Part shown: one piece after another, positions 12,501-26,132 of the stretch | Numbering within the stretch: position 1 is the first letter of the stretch | How the letters are laid out: each line of letters begins with the position of its first letter | Assembly: GCA_037379345.1 (NCBI GenBank) | Contig: CM074515.1 | Span: 25,668,001 to 25,732,000, forward strand | From: Perna viridis | Taxonomy: Eukaryota | Direction: 5' to 3' | DNA length: 64,000 nucleotides | Notes under the pieces: generated by a model | Told to the model about the DNA's origin: nothing | The model's input: the letters and a program-made list of their open reading frames with translations, nothing else | Database searches by the model: none | Translations under genes and position numbers: made by a program

Positions 12501-15500
12501 ATACAAAGTAACAAAAGCAAATGAGCAACTCGGACTCCACTAAAAACAGGGAGCATGGACCAGATGCACCGGTAGAGTAAGCGTCCTCTGCTTTTCTAGC
12601 AACACCCGCTGAGTTGCTCATAATAAGTCAAGTCCGGGGAAGACAAACGAGGACAGGAAAACTATGACATGTTGAATATATCAGTGAATGATTTAATTTT
12701 AAACTAGGAAACAATAAAATGAATGCAATAGGGGAATCACTTGGATAAAAGTAGGCATCAATGTATTTGATAAGAGGAAGATATGAGCTAATACATTCCT
12801 GATGAAATGTCCCATTAAAATCAGAATTTTTACAAAGAATGTTAAAATATGAAACATTGAAATTTTGATTGGGCTCAATTAAACATCTCTCACCACTGAT
12901 TTGTTAAAGTTTGTTTATTTGTAAAATAATTCTGTAGATGTATTTAGATAAAACAAACATATTTTGGTAAATATTTTGACCTTTTGTTATTGAACTGTAT
13001 GTCCCATAGCCTCAATCACTAAATAATTAATTGAATTTCAATATTCCTCTTTTGATGTTAATTTTCCGTCACTCATTTAATAAGACATAAGGCTAAGCAC
13101 TCGATCACATCTGGCCCTAAGTGTGAATGTTGAGGTTTACAGGAAATGTAATGTGTATTTGAGCTTATAATTTAGTTTTACAATGAAACAAATTTGAGAT
13201 TCATTTTAATGCAAGAAGATTACATGTAACAAGTCAAAATGATATTGATACATGTAATAATCAGATGTACTGCTGAAAAATATAATCAATGGCATTTTGG
13301 AGGAACTTGAACTTCAATGACTTGAAGTCTTACATGTATCAGTTGATGTAAAACACTCATAATGTCTTTTGTTTTTTTTTACCATATTTTCTTCTTTTTT
13401 TTTTCTCACAGTTTAGAACATAAATTTCCAGATAAACATTCCTGCACTTTTGTAAGTAGAAAAATGCTTTGTATAGTTTTATAGTTACACATAATTTATC
13501 TGAATGATCATTGTGGGAGGAGTGTATGACACACCACGTCAATTATCTTTGTCTATTTTATTGGTTAAGAATGAAGAAAAGTTTTTAAAGATGTTTCTGT
13601 TAAACAGCAGATTCAACTAGAAATGACAAAAAATAGCACTTAAGATACCAGTAATGCATGTACATTGTACATCAAATATATTTAGTGAAGTAAAATGTCC
13701 TCAATATCTGGTTTCCAAGGAATACATGTAGTCGAAAGTGATAGTTGGCAATTTTGAAAATTATTTTAATGTAAAGCAAACTTGTATTTAAAAGAGGCTT
13801 TGGTTTCATCAAAATAAACCCTCAAACTGAGATTTTTTATCAAATCCTTAAGTTTTCCTCTTCTTCAATTTTAAGCAATCTATTTGGCCATTGTTTGAGT
13901 TGAGGGAAATGTTTATGAAACTAGGCCTTGAAGCATTTGGTGGATTAAGTCCACGGTGGGCATGTGCCTTATGTGAAACTACACTTCTAGGTGCACCTTG
14001 TCCATGCTCCCAGTTTTTAGTAGAGTCTGAGTTGCTCATTTACTTTTGTTACTTTGTATGTATTATTTTAGTTACTTTATGTTCTGTGTTGTGTTTGCCT
14101 GATTTCTTTGTCTGGTCTTTGTCCCTGGATTACATTCTTTTGATTTCCGCTGGAATCTTGATTCCCTTGATTACTCTTTCTATCCACTTTGGTATGAGCT
14201 TTCTTTTACACATGGGAATTGGAAAAAAAACTTATTTGAGGTATAGTGATTTTATTCTGTTTTCAGGAATTCTGTGTTACAACTACAAAGACATATGATG
14301 GGGTGAAGAGTTATGACTGTAAATTTGAAAGCTGTGAAAAGAGGGAGCTAATGCCAGTTGTCTGTGAAAAATGTCAGCTTAATTTTTGTTTAAGGTAAAA
14401 ACTACTCCTAAATGCCTTCCATAACAGTCTTTGTTATATAGATAACAGTGATTTATTGAATGTTCCCAATGTAAATAATTTCAATATTTCCCCCTAAAAA
14501 TGAATTCTGTAATTTCACTCTTTGATTTTCTCCTACCAAAACACCTCTACACGAACATCAGTCTGCCAATAACAAAATTAAAAATTCATGTTGAAATGCC
14601 AACATACTACAGAGTAAATCTATACAGTGTATAATGAATAGGATAATCCATTTTTTTATCAAGAATGTCCTAAATATTAAACTTTATGCCATGATGGCTT
14701 GAAAATTTAAGTCCTTCAAGGAACTCCTCATACATCTTAAATCTTGGTGTTCTTTGGTGCTCATGATCATATTTTGGTTATTTATTCTTTCCAGTTAATT
14801 ATCGTATTAGTCATCATCCATGTTTTAAACCATCTGATATACAGATTTGATTTACTGGTATTTTCTCAATTTCTTTCTTTTTGGTTAACAGGTGATCATA
14901 GCCCAATACCAGTCAAAGTTAACCTATAAGAGTGACATTCTGCCAGTCTATTCATATATCTTCCACACCTCTGTTTTCTAGTTGATTACTTAAGAAAAGT
15001 TCCAAATAACTTCAAACTCAAGCAATGTTATGTGAACTGAACAATAATGATTAATTTGGAATACCTAACATTTTGCATATATATTCCAATAATAATGGCC
15101 CTTTTTCAAAATGGAAATTTTGAATTTGAGTGTATATAATCATAAGATCAACTTTCTTTTCTATGTTTATTTTGGTTGTTTGGTTGAATCGGTGAAATGC
15201 ATATTCACACATGCTAATGATTTATTTGTTGTTTTTTTTGGTTTGTAATTTTATTTGATACTCTTTTTTGTAGCCATAGACATCCACAAGAACACAACTG
15301 TGAAAAGCTAGAAGTTAAAGAAGAAAAAAACAAAACAGCTCTCCATGTACAGAAAATACTTGGTATTTTGATATTATCATATCTTCTTTTACTCAGTTTT
15401 GATGATAAAGTTTCAGAAGAAACTCTGAAAGATGCTCTTGGATTCTGTGCTTTTTAAATTATTTCAGCCAGTTTTTTTTTTCATTATAAAGGACATAGGA

Positions 15501-18500
15501 ATCTTTATATATCAATGATTGATAAATGTCACTTTTGTTACAGTTATACTACAAAATTTATCTATATTAAATTGTTTTGTTTCAATGCATTAACCATTTT
15601 GTTATACTTAGTGCAAAGTTCCACTGATTTTCTTTTTTGAAATCATGAAAATACAGTGAAACCTGTCCATACTGAACACCTGGACTTTAAATGTGGTTTG
15701 GTTTATGAGGTGAATTGATATGCAAGGACTGTAAAAAGTAACAGGTTAAGACAGGTTTTCCGTTTATTCAGGGTTTGGTTTAGATAGGTTTTCCATTTAT
15801 TCGGGGTTTGGTTTAGACAGGTTTTCTGTTTTCAGGGTTCGGTTTAGACAGGTTTTCAGTTTATTCAGGGTTTGGTTTAGACAGGTTTTCAGTTTATTCA
15901 TGATTTGGTTTAGACAAGTTTTACTGTATATTTTTTCCTTATATAATTTTTACTTTAGATTAGACAAGTAATATAGTATTAATGTATGGCCTTTTTCTTA
16001 TTGGCCCTGTAACATGCCCGAGGAATTAATAATGGCCAAGGATGACTGTAATGGACTGAGGCAATGCTGAGAAGCATTACAGCCATCCTAGGCCATTATA
16101 AATACCAAGGGCATGTTACAGGGCCAATATTGAAAAGGCCATGCATTGATACTTTTATAACCAACTTCATTTCAGGACCTAGCCAGAATCTGTTATCAAT
16201 ACATATGATTTCACATTAATTAAAAATAAGTTCATATCTCAATGAATCAAATACTTATGAAAATAAATCATGAAGGTTTTGTTGTCTTTCTCAATAACCC
16301 CCCCCCCAAATCTGGTTCCCTGGTCAATATCAGAAGCGACCCTAGAGAGAACCTTGTGGAATGAAAATATTACCTTGGCTTCCAGGTTATCCCCCTCCCA
16401 AAAAAAAAAAAAATTATAGACAAGTACAAGAATAAGATCATGAGCTAATTAATCCATGACCAGTTGCCCAATACTCAACATATCAAAAACCATGACTTTT
16501 CAGACATCCATAATTTATGGAATATTTGGGTTGTTTCCATCACCGTTCTTGGGTTTATTGATACAGACCTAGTATGTGACCCGGGAAATTAAGAAAAACA
16601 AACAAATAATTTTGCCATTTTTTACGTAAAAACTGTGTTTTTAAGTGCATTTTGATCTGGAATCAAGCTATTTACAAATGTTGTGGGAACTCTTTTGACA
16701 GAGTGCACAAGGTACGTGAGTAAAAAGGGAAAAGAAATGTACTTGGAAGATTAATTTCAACACCTGGATTCGTGCAAAATAATGAGATATGACTGCATAT
16801 TTCGTCTTTGAAAATTACTAAAACACAAAAGTCGCCTTTTTTCTTTAGGATTTCTGTATAGAAAAGTATGTGCTCCCACTTCGAGATTTCATTTTTGTTG
16901 TCTTTTTCCAATAATCCCCCTCCCAAATCTTAAATTTAAAACTCAAGATTAAACATACCTAATAATTCAGTATACTTAGTCCCAGTACCATCTTTCAGCA
17001 ACTGTAAATATCCTAATCTAATTAATTGAATTTTTAGGTCACCTTCAATTAAAGTTGTCACTTATTTTGTATGTACGCATTTTTTATTTAGTTCATAATG
17101 GCCCCGTATTAATGCCCTGTTTTGAAGTTTGTAATGCATGGCTGTGATTTCATAATGACCGGCTGTAGGAATTTCTGGTTCTTAATGACCAGTTGTCGAA
17201 ATTTTCGGTTCATAAAGGATGGGCATTTCTCTATATATTGTAGTAAGTTGGTTAATAAGTAGGAGGTATTCAACTTACGTGGTAGTTCATGCATGCTGTA
17301 TATAACTTTTACAATGTAATGTACATGTGTTATAAGTAAGTTTACTTTTAATAAATTTTTTTAGATTCTAGACAGCCTAAACCAGAGAGAAAACCAAAGA
17401 AAGCCAGTAAAACTGCAGCTAAAGTTGCTTTAATGAAGATGAAAATGAAAGCCATTGGAGAGAAGGGTACACCTGAAACAGAGAAAATCTACATGTTAAT
17501 CTACCTTCCTAGAGAGTTATCTCTCAATGCCAAACCTATGTATTTTTCTAAGGTAATGGGAACGAGTTTTACTAAAATGCTAAAATGCTAAAATACTGTA
17601 AATTCAGAAATAATTAATTATAAATAATGTGGTTTTGTCATTTTAGTAAAAAAATACTTTGAAAAATTTTTTGGGGTGAATTTATGAAAAGTTGGACACA
17701 ACTTTAATATGCTTTATTACAATATTGCAAGTTTTATTTTTGTGGTTTTAATTCATTTATATATATTTTTTTGCATTAATTAAATATCAGGATAAACAGT
17801 CGTATTTACTTTTCCATCATATCTGTCTGTCCATCTGTCCACATTTATTGTAAGCACAACTCCTAAACCGCTGAAGGGATTTTTAAGAAATTTTATAGGA
17901 AGGTTGGGTATCATATGTAGGTGTGCATGAAAGAATATAATTACTGTCAGAGGACTCCTAAGGGAGATAATCCAAATTTATGGTTTTACATGTTGAAACC
18001 TCGTAAGCACAACTTTTCCTAAACCGCTCAAGGGGTTTTGAAGAAATTTTATAAGAAGGTTAGGTGTTATACGTAGATGTGCATGAAGGCAATATAATTA
18101 CTGTCAAAGTACTTCTAAGGAAGATAATCTAAATTAAGGGTTTTACATGGCAATAACTTGTAAGTACAACAACTCCTAAACTGCTCAAAGGATTTTGAAA
18201 AAAAATTAAAGATATGAAGGAATATAATTATTGTTGGATGACTCCGAAAGGAGATAATCCTACATGCATTTTAAGTCCATTTAAAGGGGGTTGAGTATTC
18301 CCTTAGTGAGCTTGCTCACAGTATTTCTGCATTTTCATATACCCATTTTGCAATTTTTTGGCAGTATACAATTGTAATACACACAAAAATATTTTTACAC
18401 TCCCTTCCTTCTTCTAAATAGAAAGATACCAACACAATTAAATGAATCTGAAAATTTTTAACTGAAAAATTAAATTTGGTTATTTTAAATCTTACTCACT

Positions 18501-19445
18501 TAGTATATCCTATTGAACTAAAGTAAATAAAAGAGATGTCTCATTTATGTATGTTTGTATATATTCCATGTTTGATTTCTTTGTATATATTTGTTTTTTA
18601 AGATTTGAATAGTGAACAATCAACAATTTTTAAGGAATTTAGTAACAGTATTTCTATGAAAAAAGTTCTTTTTTTAGTAAAACGACTGAAGAAAGAAAAG
18701 AGATGTAAAGTTGCTAGTTTGCTTCTTACATTACTACCATATAAGTGTTAGTTTTTGTTATTTTTAAATTTTCATTATTCATCAAATACAAATATTTTAA
18801 AATATGTGTTATGTATATTGCAGACTTGGAGCATTGGACGCTGTATAGATTACATTGCGGATGCTACACGAATAAAAAATGAAAATAATACAGGAAGTGA
18901 AAAAGTAAGAGGATTTTCTTCTATGATTTGAAGACAAATATCTCATATTATTGCAGGTAGCAATATATAATATTTCCTACTGGTTAAAATGAAATGGTAC
19001 TTCAAAACACAAAAAAACTATAGTGGTGTTCAGAAGATTTGTAGTGTTTCAACTAAGGACCAAAAAATTATTATTTTTACAAATACCTTTAAATGTTTTT
19101 TTTTGTCTGTTTGTTTTTTTTTTTTTGAATTGGACAATTTTTAAAAAGTATTGAAAGATCTACCACAAGCAATTGAATTTGTAACTAAAAAGAACTTAGC
19201 TTTCACATACATGTACCATAACAAAAGATTAAAAAAGAAACAAATGTCTTCAACTATAGTTTACTGATTATTTTCTCTAGAAACTTCGCCTGTTTAGTCA
19301 TGACTCTGGTCAGCTTCTACCAATAGAAAAGTCATTAGAAACTTTGATGAGTGAAGAATTAATATTCAGTGGGTCATCTGTGATATTGGAATATGTTACC
19401 TTAGACTGTTGCCAGCTTGATAATACTGATGAATATAAAACATGA
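6510..19445 (+). CDS. ZFAND1: AN1-type zinc finger protein 1-like, 263 aa. Exons: 6510-6567, 12162-12204, 13412-13451, 14267-14394, 15274-15362, 17365-17552, 18824-18904, 19281-19445
   Basis: The spliced frame of 792 nt ends in TGA. Two AN1 fingers (MAEFPNLGKHCSADFCKQIDFLPFQCDGCSKTYCLEHKFPDKHSC; CKFESCEKRELMPVVCEKCQLNFCLSHRHPQEHNC), then KTAAKVALMKMKMKAIG and a C-terminal ubiquitin-like region (FSKTWSIGRCIDYIA...KNENN...KLRLF...FSGSSVILEYV) typical of ZFAND1/Cuz1. All introns are GT-AG and phase-consistent. Confidence 0.93.
8462..10425 (-). pseudogene. Disabled MULE-family DDE transposase
   Basis: Motifs ILGIDRTFNLG (D1), IGSDDESGLTKAIDSVFP..LLCTKH (D2 plus CxxH) and WTNNNCESINH (E). A frameshift near 10030 separates ORF 9997-10425 from the frame leading into ORF 8690-9874. 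An in-frame TAA at 8690-8692 is followed directly by same-frame ORF 8462-8689. There is also a 336-bp internal duplication. Confidence 0.85.
8710..9382. repeat. Two-copy 336-bp direct tandem duplication inside the transposase
   Basis: 8710-9046 matches 9046-9382. The only difference I spotted is a8741 vs g9077. The 112-aa block LRTNILNNLFG...IDLKRSL appears twice in the ORF track. Confidence 0.95.
12378..12660 (-). mobile_element. Interspersed repeat family B (probable 3' remnant of a retroelement), longest copy
   Basis: Reverse complement of the copies at 13990 and 42983. The copies share one end (ggttcccttgattacNct) and differ in length at the other, as expected for 5'-truncated retrocopies. 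It explains the spurious ORFs [16 protein letters not shown]. Confidence 0.75.
13990..14181 (+). mobile_element. Repeat family B copy
   Basis: ggtgcaccttgtccatgctcccagtttttagtagagtctgagttgctcatt...attcccttgattactctttc. Confidence 0.75.
15654..15926. mobile_element. TA-flanked Tc1/mariner/pogo-type MITE with internal 33-34-bp tandem units (cagggtttggtttagacaggtttt)
   Basis: ta-CAGTGAAACCTGTC ... GACAAGTTTTACTG-ta, with about 5 internal units. Related fragments occur at 19560-19610 and 47866. Confidence 0.75.
15975..17258. mobile_element. Unclassified element with a long terminal hairpin (15975-16153) and an inverted subterminal motif
   Basis: Inverted arms of about 79 bp around a 21-nt loop. 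ttataaccaactt just after the hairpin is mirrored by aagttggttaataa at about 17245-17258. The extent is inferred. Confidence 0.5.
17810..18330 (-). mobile_element. Helentron/Helitron-like non-autonomous element with about 3 tandem units of ~157 bp
   Basis: cctaaaccgc/ctgc recurs at about 17862, 18018 and 18175, with ggactcctaagggagataatcc-like blocks and a tctg/tcca microsatellite-like lead-in. Confidence 0.6.
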
Positions 19446-21883
19446 TGGAAATTGGAAGCCCCAGAAGACTTGGGATACTGAAATACGTTTGAAAGACAAT
19501 TTTATGTCCAGATCAAGTTTAAAACTGCAAGCTATAAAAGTAGACTCTGAATAGTGAATTACAGGTTTTCAGATTATTCAGGGTTTGGTTTAGACAGGTT
19601 TTACTGTATATTAGAAGACAATTTTGATTCTAGTCAAGATTTCTATGTATATCTACCAGAAGTAGAAGACTTGAATGGTTAAATTTGATGTCAGATGTGT
19701 ATGGTAATACAGATTAAAGACCATAGAAACTGAATTTCAAATTCTGTTTAAAATCAGATTCCTGCTATTAAATTTCAAGCACTCCAGTTTATGTTTTTAA
19801 ATTACCTGTAAATACCTGTATACAGTGAATATAGACCTGTAGGTTTCCAGTATGTAAACTGCAAGGCTCTTGAACTCTCATTTCTCATTTTATTTGGCAA
19901 GTAAAGTTTAGTCCAGGTTAACTTCTATTAAATAGAATGAGAAGCAGGGTATTCTTTACCTGAGGGCAAAGACTAGACCAGGAAATCATACAAATCACCT
20001 TAAATAACAAAGAATACACATACTGCATTAAAAGAGTAAATGAGCATTTCAGGCTCCTGTAAACTTGGAGTATAGACTAGGTGCACTGGTAGGGTAAGCA
20101 TTCCTTCAATGAACAGATTGAAAAACTGTATGGTATTCTGGGATAGCTAATCTTGACGTTCCTGATTGGTCAAGATCTATTTTACACGTATACTGTGACC
20201 GTGCAACTTTGTTTACAAAGACAAAAGTTGAATTTCTGAATGAGTCCATTCAATACGCGTAATCTAAGACTGTCCTCCATGTCAGTTGTGATTTTAAATC
20301 AACTCTATTCCTCAAATAACCTGCTTATCTTAGTACATGTACTTGAATTTCTTAAAACATCAATGCCTAATTGTTAATGGTTTTTTTTTTTTAATTTTAA
20401 TTTATACTGTTATCATAGTTTGTCATTTGGTAGATTCAACAATTTGTAAGAAAAGTGAAACAACATAGAGGATATCAGTATATACAATGATGGTCAGCGA
20501 AAACTGTAAAGTGAATCAAGAAAAAACAAGGACACCAAAAGAATCGAAAGTACTTGCTAAATTGATTCTGATCTTACATTTTCAATTACATAGGTTTCAT
20601 AATGAGAAGCTTTAAAAGTTGTGTAAATGGAGCAATTACCAGTTTTAAAGCTATAGATACCACTCATCACAATATTCATCTATCACATGTTTTCCATATG
20701 ACCACCAAAGCAATATTTACACAACACAATTATTATAATATGTTTATTGAACTGATTCAATAAATTGTACACCATATAAAATAAATAGCTACAAAAACTG
20801 CACAACACTTTAAAATACAAAAATATAGACTAGAGCATAAAAACCAAAACTAACATAGTAACAGACTAGGCCTACTTTGTGTATAATAGTCTTCTGAATC
20901 ACATTCATGTTTGAAAGCTACATAAAATAGGTTTTAGACACAATCACATAAAATAATATTTTTTTAGTATATATTTTCCTATATTTTAGAAAGGTTTCTA
21001 AAGCTAAAGTAGAGCATAAACTACAAATGAGCCAAATTCTGTATGTACCCTTTCGGATAATATTATTCATATGTATGTTAGGTTTGTGTCCAAGATATGA
21101 ATTTATATTTAAGGCAATTAAAGCGGAGAAATATTGATATGGATAATTAATTTGCAGATTAAAATAATTTCTACACTTAAATTCACAGAAAGGTGGTTTA
21201 GACAGGCAAGTGTTGACAATCTAAAAAGTAATTGTGTATGTTTTCAATGTTATCAAACCCTTCAGTGAAAATTAATTCAATCATATATCAACAGTTTGCA
21301 AAATAATTGCACAAATGACAAAACAAAAAAAAAACCTTTGACTGATGAAATTTATTAAAAATAAACTTCAATTAAAAAAAAAACACCTTAAAGCTAAGAG
21401 GTTTTTAAGTATACAGGAAAGAGGTAATTATAAACTTCTGTAGTCAATTTAATAATACTTGCAAGTAAAAACAATATTGTTAACTTTGAGAGAACAATGG
21501 AGAATTATTGTAATGACAAAACTTACCATAGATTTTATACTTACAGTTGTTCAAGAAATTGACTTCTGGTTCATAAACCATTGATTGATTTGAAGTCAGT
21601 TAACATATTTTGATGATTTCAATTAAGCATCAGTTAAAAATTTTGTATAACATTGGAGCATAGTTTAAGCAATGAGCAAGCAAGCACATTTTTATGAACA
21701 TACATATGAAGATCATTTATTCAATAACTATATGCATGTTCTAAATTCAAGGATAACAACTTGGAAGCAAGCAATATCAACATCTATGTCATAATGTCCC
21801 TTAATATGAAATGTCAAAATTTGATCCTTTCTCAGTAAACTTTGGTCCTATAGTCTATTTGGTAGTAAAATAAATGTTATTAA

Positions 21884-22124
21884 GAAGGTAGACCTAGGGT
21901 AAAGGACATAACTCATGAAATCAGTAAAATGTTTGTATTATATTCAATTTCACCAAAGCCTCTCAAGCTTTCATTTGAAGCAGAATATAATGAATCCAAA
22001 TTTAATTAGACGCTATAACGTTGGTTCCCTTAATTACTCTCTTACATATGATTGATGTAAAATGGTAACTACAAACGTTCCAATGATTTTGTTGTGTTGT
22101 GTCCCTTACCCTAGGTCAACCTCC
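21884..22124. mobile_element. MITE family A copy with an internal insertion of about 30 bp
   Basis: Same TIRs, with TTAA on both sides (21880-21883, 22125-22128). Confidence 0.82.
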
Positions 22125-24069
22125 TTAAATAAATCAAGAGAACTTAACACAATTATCTCTTTATTTATCTCATACAATACAGTGGGAAATCTTAGTTTTA
22201 ATTTTTGCTATTTTCATGCAGTTATAGGAAATGTGAAAACAAAGTCAGCAAATTTAACAGTTAAAAATGAAGTTACTTTCCTATCTTAAAATCTCAGAAA
22301 TGTGAAAATTAATGGAAGGCTTCTAGAAATTGTTATATCAACCTCAAATTATATCAATATATTGCCAAATTTAGCACCAGTAAAAATATCCATTGTACAG
22401 CAGTAACAATATTATGTTTCATTTCGTTCAGTTTTTTTAATTACTGAAGTTTAATACACAAATACGTGGAAAAGAGGTGTCAAGACCTTTTTATAGGTGC
22501 CTTGATAGAAGAATAAATTTACACATCATTAACACATGCAAGATGTAGACAAAATCACAACACTAACCATAATTTTCTTTTCTGGCCCTGACTATGAGTA
22601 CTGGTGCCAAAATATAGAACAATATAAAATCTAAAAAATTATACCAGTTTAAAATACAGATAAGACATTTCTATCTCCATAAGTAGTGAAAAAAAGACAT
22701 GGTCAATAAATTATAAAAATAATGTACTATTTTACCCTAAAACTGGCATTTTATTGTAAAACATTCACAAAAAAACCCTAAAAATATTCATATAATTCAT
22801 CATATTCTAATAGAACATTACTAATTACTAATTATTGGCGTTAGCAGTGTTTATTATTATTTTGATTTATAACTCTAAGATTTAAGGCTATTCTACTACT
22901 TTAAATTTGAAAATTTGGGAATGACGATACATGGAAAAGCAATTATTATTGCCAGGACAACAGGACATCACAAAACCTTGAAAGTACTTTTCTGAGAATA
23001 TTCTGAACTCTAATCAACATCCTGCAATTTTATGACAACTCAAATAGTTCATAATGTTATCAGGCTTTAGTAATTCATCATGTTTTGTGTCACTGTAGCC
23101 AGGATTGCCAAAAAGTCGTATTTGCTTAAACCAGTTTCTGGCCCTGTTGTGTGGTGAATATTTTTAATACATCCATATCCTTTTTGAAGCTAATAACTAT
23201 CCTTTAGTGCAAATTCAACATTACCTTTCGACAAATATAGGCTCTATTTCACCACAAACACCTGCATATCATTTGATAAGGTCCACTCACTTATACAATT
23301 AAAATCACCTAAAGTGTATAGGTGTCTAAGAGTCCTATTGACCAGCACATTAATTAAAATAGAGTTGGCCTTCAGTGTAAGTGTTTGTAAGAATAAGGCA
23401 AAATGGGAAAAATCAGAAACATGCATGTCAAAACCCCAGCAATCTGAAAATGTAATACCACTCTGGGATACTTTCTCTATTTGAAAAGACCATTATTTGA
23501 TCTCTGCATCACTGGCTTTGCTCAGAAATTTTTCAGTAGAATCTTAGAAAAATGAAGTTTTTGCCAGAGTTATCTGTCCCTGAAATGTTCATTTTCAGTG
23601 CATTTCAATGAAATTGTAACTCAATGGTCCAGCATAATATGGAAATTTTGTCATTTTCCTTGATTCTGATGGTGAAAATAGTCAAATGAAACTATCAAAA
23701 TGGTGTTTTTTCATACCATGTTTCACCCACAGCTAGATTCTTACAGATACTGACACTTAATATTTTACCTCGACTTAGTATAATTTGGCATTCTTAGCAG
23801 AATTGATACAGATTACACAGCCATATCAAGTTAGGATTTTAATATTTTAAAACAGAAAATGTATTTTCCAGCCATGCTTTATAGTCAGAGGGAAAATTGT
23901 GGTGAAATAAAGCCCATATTTGTCCAATGGTGATGAACTTTGAAGAAAAATCATTACATTGAATAATGTAAAATAAATAAAACATTGTCAGCATAAAAAT
24001 TCTTTGTTTCAACATGTGACACAAGGTGCCTATGGCATGATTTATATATATATGAATGAAATGAAAATG

Positions 24070-24620
24070 AATACAAGAATCCTAACATAAAATACAAATA
24101 TGGTCAAAAATTCAGCTTTCTTTGATGCACAGACATTTTTTCCAAGGGGATAGGGTCTGGAATTTTTTGGGTTTTTTTTGGATAAAAAAAACCCACTTCA
24201 ATTCTATGCCCCAAGGAACACTTATACCGAGTCTTGTTTCTATTGGTAAAATAGTGTCAGAGGAGAAGATTTTTGAAAGAAATAACACAAAAAATAGCAA
24301 AAAAACGTTGAAAAAGGTCAACAACTCCAACATGGCTTAATGGATTAAAATGAAAATTTGACCGCAGATAGATCTCATCATGCTAAACATTTTCATCCCA
24401 CCAAAATTTGGCTAAACCTGACCGTTTTAGAGATATATGCGAAAAACTATTGTGTTCTATTTTTAGTAACGGCAGCCATTTTTTTCAACGGATCAAAAAT
24501 CCCCTGGTCAGTTCTATGCAGGATACCCCAAGGAACATTCATACCAAGTTTGGTTCCAATTGGTCAAGTAGTTTCAGAGGAGAAGAGTTTTGAAAAATTA
24601 CCAGCCAGGTGAGCTAAAAA
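24070..24620 (+). mobile_element. Helentron-like non-autonomous element
   Basis: Repeated ccaaggaaca..atacc.ag...cagaggagaaga block (24211, 24528) and the 3' end CAGGTGAGCTAAAAA typical of bivalve Helentron-associated repeats (from recall, not searched). Confidence 0.6.
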
Positions 24621-25069
24621 ATTATTGGTATCTAACACATTCTGGCTTTCATGAAAAAACAGCAATACCATTGCTAGTATGTACAACTATTCTACTAGAT
24701 ATCTGTGCATGAAAGATGGACTTCTGCTGAAAAAGCATAAAATTTCCTCAGGATCAACATCTTGATACAAAAATCAATTCATTACAGCTATTGAAAAACA
24801 AATGAATATTAAAAACACAGAAAATAAAGTCTTTATTTCTAGAACAAAATTTCCTTTAGGTAATACTGCAATATTTCAAATTCTGATATAGTGGCAAAGT
24901 TTTCTTTTAATTGGAAATGATTGACTCAATATTTTAAATATTAAAATAGTAAAATAAAGCATTGTGAAATGTTTAAAAAATCTGAATTGATCTTCCCTTT
25001 CAATAATGTATAATTGAAACTTAATTAGCCAAAAATTACAAAATCATATTCATAAATGTATGCAATAAT

Positions 25070-25198
25070 TTCTGAAGTAACTTGGATAGATTTCATTTTG
25101 TTTAAAATGAAAGCTTGATAGGTTTTGGTAAAATTGAATATGATACAAACGTATCACTGATTTCAAGAGTTATGTCCCTTACCCTAGGTCTACCTCCA
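25070..25198. mobile_element. MITE family A half copy
   Basis: One TIR (tgtcccttaccctaggtctacctcc) plus internal sequence matching the 60074 copy. Confidence 0.72.
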
Positions 25199-26132
25199 TT
25201 AACTTCTAATGAATGACAGAAACCTTAAAGTAGAGACAATTCATATCAACATATCATCACTATCATAGCAAGCCGTATTGGGTGAGATGTGATGATGATG
25301 ATACATTTTGTCAAGATGTCCATAACTGATGTTATTCTGTATTTTGGTAAAATCATATTCGTTAAAAATTGTCTGTAAATGGAAATTGCTGAAATCTTTT
25401 ATCTAGTTATATTGCAATAGCCAAAGATAGAAGATATCAGGCAGTAAAACGATAGAAAAAGATAATGTTGCTGATAACAGATATAAGTTATGTCATAATG
25501 CCCTCCCTTCAGGAATATATTAAAAGCTACCATGTACAGCTCATCTGTATAAATATTCTAACTATTATCACATAAATATCACACTATTTTATTTGAGACA
25601 TTGAACACACTTCTATGGCAACATTTACTAACACTTGTCCATACCATAAACAGCAGCAACAAAAACTGATGGTCTATTTGTACACACAACACAGGAAATT
25701 TTTTTTTACACATAGCCCATGTGCATTTCTTATGATTTTAGTTCATGTGAAACTTAAATGTGAATTCAGCTTTCACCAAAAATTTCACAAGACGTTTTCA
25801 TGAAGTGAAATTAACATGTAACCCTGTTTACTTCATGTGAATTTCATGAAAGTTCTAATTTAAATAATTTCTTGTGACCAATTTAAGCCTGTATATAAAT
25901 ATCAGCCAGCAACAAAAATAGATGCAATATTCATTTACAAATTTGTCCTTTGACAAAAACATACATTGTTATTTTTGATAGTACATTTAAGCTGTATCAC
26001 ACAAGTAAAATCAGGCACAATTATCTATAAGAGTTGTACTCCTCAGAACTTTGGACTTTTCTCCTAACTATAATGGAAAAGAATCAGCCGCAAAGCACAC
26101 ATTTGATAATTCCTTGCACCAATAATCATATT

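Noticed and set aside
12271-14298. Hydrophobic ORFs sharing [16 protein letters not shown] (also 43018-43254)
   Set aside because: Incidental frames through copies of repeat family B.
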